29,270 nucleotides of DNA from positions 1-29,270 of IMG/VR virus record IMGVR_UViG_3300025889_000674. One strand, given 5' to 3'. The first letter of the stretch is position 1; every line of letters starts with the position of its first letter. This stretch comes from a virus. Taxonomy: Duplodnaviria; Caudoviricetes. Below, piece after piece: positions 26,465 through 29,270 of the stretch. The translations under genes and the position numbers were made by a program. The notes below the pieces were generated by a model that was given only the letters and a program-made list of their open reading frames with translations, was not told the DNA's origin and made no database searches.

Positions 26465-26881
26465 ATTGGTAGTTCGATTTAAAACTTTTTTATAGCTCCT
26501 GTTTTTTATCGACTACGAATGGGTCGACGGTCGACTTTTGACCGAGTTAACCGTCGATGCCTTCGACCCGTAAAAAGTTAACACAGACAATTTTTACTGG
26601 TCGGAGGCCGGGTTACCCTATAGGCAATGACCCGGCCGTGCTTCTGGTCTAGTCGTAGCCTTGAGCCGGGACACCCCAGAAGTAATTAGTAAAGTGGTGT
26701 AAGGACCCATACTAATCGATCTCGACCCGGTAGCCTGGGTCGGGGTCGGCCAGATCCTAAGACTGGGTCGGACAGATCCTAAGACTGGGTCTGGTCACTC
26801 TATAGCTTCTAGAGTATAAAACTATGTTGCTAATGCGATAAGCATTGTAATCTTATCTAGCTCCAGGAGATATCCTGGGGC
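26465..26881 (+). ncRNA. ~420-nt multi-hairpin candidate non-coding RNA or leader
   Basis: About ten consecutive stem-loops with repeated G-U pairs on the + strand; GC-richer than the flanks; no ORF of 60 aa or more. Confidence 0.7.
26743..26791 (+). repeat. 22-bp tandem duplication
   Basis: CAGATCCTAAGACTGGGTC at 26751-26769 and 26773-26791, each preceded by GGGTCGG(C/A). Confidence 0.85.
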
Positions 26882-26907
26882 GAAATAATTTTAGAAGGGA
26901 AGGAAAT

Positions 26908-27162
26908 ATGTATTTTATATCTATATACCAAACTTACCGGGCTTTCGGTGGCCATGAAGAAGGAGGCTGGTATTACACAGCTGGTGCAAAACACCGGGAC
27001 ATTAGGATCGCTTTTCAAACTAAAGAAAAGCTCAAAGCAGCCCTCACCAGGCTAAGGCCAGCAATTGACCGGGACAGTGACCGGTACGACGTGCAGCTTC
27101 AGGCCAGGGTTTATGAAAACCAGGTTGGCCCTGATGAATTACCAGTTCCTAATTATCAATAA
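26908..27162 (+). CDS. hypothetical early protein
   Basis: GGGAAGGA SD; RAFGGHEEGGWYY motif. Confidence 0.75.
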   Translation: MYFISIYQTYRAFGGHEEGGWYYTAGAKHRDIRIAFQTKEKLKAALTRLRPAIDRDSDRYDVQLQARVYENQVGPDELPVPNYQ

Positions 27163-27171
27163 ATTTTTTAG

Positions 27172-27208
27172 TTGACATTTGAATTTATAGTCTTATATTC
27201 ATGGGATA
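27172..27208 (+). promoter_or_regulatory. sigma70-type promoter with a CATGGGATA operator
   Basis: TTGACA-N16-TATATT followed by CATGGGATA (27200-27208). Confidence 0.7.
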
Positions 27209-27229
27209 ACTAAAACAAAGGAAGGATAT

Positions 27230-27910
27230 ATGTTACTACAAGTAAATACTAATTGGAAAACAATTAAGTCTATGAAATACGGGGTGATTACCGGGATCCT
27301 ATACCTGGCGCCTCATAAAACTAGCGGCAAAAATGTTTGTCCCTGGGCTTCGCCTGGTTGTATTGATGGCTGTTTATATAAGGCCGGGCGTGGCCAGATG
27401 ATTTCGGTACAGTCGGCCCGAATTAGAAAAACGCTGGCCTTTTTTAAAGATCGTAATAAATTTTTGGCTGAGCTGCACAGTGATATAACTATACTGTTAC
27501 GCCGGGCAAAAAAGAAAAAAATGAAACTGGCGATCCGTTTGAATGGTACGTCCGACTTGCCCTGGGAGAAATATTTGTTTCAAGGTAAAAATTTAATGGA
27601 CCATTTCCCGACAGTGACATTCTACGACTATACAAAGGGAGATAACCGGATCCATGACAATCAGCCTGGCAATTACCATTTAACCTTTTCACGATCCGAA
27701 ACTAATGAGAAGGAAGCTTTTAAACTAATTAAAAAGTCACCAGTCGCGGTTGTCTTTAAGGATAAGTTACCAAAGCTTTATAAAAAATACAAAGTGATTA
27801 ATGGTGATTTACATGACATGCGATTTAAAAATAAATCAAATGTGGTTGTTGGCTTACTTGCTAAGGGTCGAGCAAAAAAAGATAAATACGGTTTCACGGT
27901 TTCCGCTTAA
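27230..27910 (+). CDS. Gp88-like phage protein (Cys-x6-Cys-x3-Cys)
   Basis: NVCPWASPGCIDGCL, RLNGTSDL, FYDYTK, YHLTFS, GDLHDMRF. Confidence 0.7.
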   Translation: MLLQVNTNWKTIKSMKYGVITGILYLAPHKTSGKNVCPWASPGCIDGCLYKAGRGQMISVQSARIRKTLAFFKDRNKFLAELHSDITILLRRAKKKKMKLAIRLNGTSDLPWEKYLFQGKNLMDHFPTVTFYDYTKGDNRIHDNQPGNYHLTFSRSETNEKEAFKLIKKSPVAVVFKDKLPKLYKKYKVINGDLHDMRFKNKSNVVVGLLAKGRAKKDKYGFTVSA

Positions 27911-27932
27911 CTGTATCCTTCCAAGCGGGAAG

Positions 27933-27960
27933 AAGGGGCGAGTAATCGCCCCTTTTTTTT
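27933..27960 (+). terminator. intrinsic terminator between convergent genes
   Basis: AAGGGGCGA-GTAA-TCGCCCCTT followed by a T tract. Confidence 0.85.
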
Positions 27961-27968
27961 ATTTTTAA

Positions 27969-28214
27969 TTAATCTCTAAAAACTGGAATAATTGGCAAGT
28001 CTTTTAGATTTGTGGCAATCGCTCCCGCGTCATTGCCTTCATCATCAGCTTGAGGCGTTAGGACAACGCCATTTGATAAATAGATTTCACAAGGTTGAGT
28101 ATCCCATCCGAAATATTCTTCTGTCTTTTCGGGACTTAACCATTTGACATCTTTTATAGTTTGCCCGACAAGGTGCTTTCGCACCTTATCTAGCCATAAT
28201 TTATTATTACTCAT
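27969..28214 (-). CDS. hypothetical early protein
   Basis: GGAGG SD, TAATG coupling; PQADDEGNDAGA motif. Confidence 0.75.
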   Translation of the reverse strand: MSNNKLWLDKVRKHLVGQTIKDVKWLSPEKTEEYFGWDTQPCEIYLSNGVVLTPQADDEGNDAGAIATNLKDLPIIPVFRD

Positions 28215-28570
28215 TATCGATCCCTCCTTATTTCGATTTTATCATCATTAACATTTTTTGCAAATGTTAACATATGCCAAACGGCGAGATCATAGGGTTT
28301 TCGATTAGTTTTGCAAAAATCAAAACCTAAGTCTTGCCCCTCATAACTTCTGTCTCGCTTCGTAAAATCTTTAAACAAGACAAAGGTTTCATGAGAGTTT
28401 GCCCCTACACCATTAAAGACAATCACTTCATCTTTGTGTTTAACTGGGGTCTCGTTTTTGATGATAGTTCCATCAAAGTTTTCAACGATGTAGTCGTATT
28501 CATCTTTTATTTTTGACCACTCGTTATTATCAAAGGGCTTTTTATAAGTCCAATAGTTAGTGTATCCCAT
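28214..28570 (-). CDS. hypothetical early protein
   Basis: AGGAGG SD; MGYTNYW, HETF, FCKTNRKPYDLAV motifs. Confidence 0.8.
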   Translation of the reverse strand: MGYTNYWTYKKPFDNNEWSKIKDEYDYIVENFDGTIIKNETPVKHKDEVIVFNGVGANSHETFVLFKDFTKRDRSYEGQDLGFDFCKTNRKPYDLAVWHMLTFAKNVNDDKIEIRRDR

Positions 28571-28604
28571 AATGTATCCTCCTATTTTTATTTATGGTTA
28601 TGTA

Positions 28605-28635
28605 TTGACTTTATATGATCATGGGATATAGTCAA
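28605..28635. promoter_or_regulatory. fully overlapping divergent sigma70 promoters sharing one CATGGGAT operator
   Basis: + strand TTGACT-N16-TATAGT (28605-28632); - strand TTGACT-N16-TAAAGT (28635-28608). Confidence 0.75.
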
Positions 28636-28659
28636 CTAAAAAAACAAGGAGGATACAAA

Positions 28660-29052
28660 ATGGGCAGATACTATAGTGGAGACATTGAAGGCAAATTTAT
28701 GTTTGCTGTTCAATCAAGTAATGACGCTGACTTTTTTGGCGTCGAGGGTCACTCGGATTATTTACATTATACTTTTGATAAAGATAATCTAGAGGACATC
28801 AAAAAAGGTATCTCCAAGTGTAAAAAAGCATTAGGAGAACATAAAAAAATACTTGATACATTTTTCAAAGAAAACATGGGTTGGAACTATGAAATGATGT
28901 GTAAGTATTTTGAGGACAAGCACAACATCATGTTAGGAACTGAAAGAAATGTTCGGAACATGCTAGGTTGGTATGCTCGACTTGACCTTGGAGAAAAAAT
29001 CAAAAAATGTGTCGAGGAAAACGAAGTTTGTTCATTCGAGGCTGAAATCTAA
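28660..29052 (+). CDS. hypothetical early protein (MGRYYSGDIEGKFMFAVQSS...)
   Basis: ATG 28660 has an AAGGAGG SD; the track's start at 28615 lies inside the promoter. Confidence 0.8.
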   Translation: MGRYYSGDIEGKFMFAVQSSNDADFFGVEGHSDYLHYTFDKDNLEDIKKGISKCKKALGEHKKILDTFFKENMGWNYEMMCKYFEDKHNIMLGTERNVRNMLGWYARLDLGEKIKKCVEENEVCSFEAEI

Positions 29053-29060
29053 AAAAAATT

Positions 29061-29089
29061 AAAGGGGAGCAATTGCTCCCCTTTTTTTT
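29061..29089. terminator. bidirectional intrinsic terminator
   Basis: Perfect palindrome AAAGGGGAGC-AATT-GCTCCCCTTT with A and T tracts, between convergent genes. Confidence 0.85.
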
Positions 29090-29270
29090 ATCTTTTATCT
29101 AAATATTTTATTCTATCGTCGATCCGACCGAACGCGGAAATTTTGATTTCCTCTAATGTACTGGTGGAATTTTTTGGGTAAAAAGTTATAAAATCGTCAT
29201 CCTTTTCACACGTGATTTTTTTAGTGTCAAAATCCATTCCAATTGAATAACCCTTATATTTATATTTCAT
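29088..29270 (-). CDS. hypothetical early protein (start at the window edge)
   Basis: 60-aa ORF ending at the terminator; upstream context not visible. Confidence 0.6.
   Translation of the reverse strand: MKYKYKGYSIGMDFDTKKITCEKDDDFITFYPKNSTSTLEEIKISAFGRIDDRIKYLDKR

Noticed and set aside
26640-26720. Possible tRNA
   Set aside because: No cloverleaf, no correctly placed GTTCRA T-loop, and no acceptor stem with CCA found by eye
26743-26791. Possible mini-CRISPR array
   Set aside because: Only two copies, 3 nt apart, with no spacer-length unique sequence and no cas genes; the exonuclease is Cas4-like in fold only
1-29270. Integrase, reverse transcriptase/DGR, transposase or alternative genetic code
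   Set aside because: No such motifs seen; genes tile densely under the standard code with TAA, TAG and TGA all used as stops

Overview
AT-rich segment of a tailed dsDNA phage genome with a podovirus-like organisation. Gene content and composition resemble marine SAR11/pelagiphage-type phages (inference; no database search was run). From left to right: three glycosyltransferases; an operon of internal virion/DNA-ejection proteins; a replication module (PD-(D/E)XK exonuclease, SNF2 helicase, SSB-like protein, AEP primase, UvrD-like helicase, family A DNA polymerase with Leu762); small genes including a ribbon-helix-helix regulator; a DNA-modification cluster (LAGLIDADG endonuclease, C5-methyltransferase split over two overlapping frames, PAPS-reductase-like protein); terS, an HExxH protein and a VRR-NUC nuclease; and cassette-like early genes. 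The most notable signal is non-coding. There is a ~420-nt hairpin-dense candidate RNA (26465-26881) and several other large-loop hairpins. Their loops are complementary to each other and to ribosome-binding sites of phage genes, which suggests an RNA-RNA regulatory network. A CATGGGA-type operator also recurs in six sigma70-type promoter regions.
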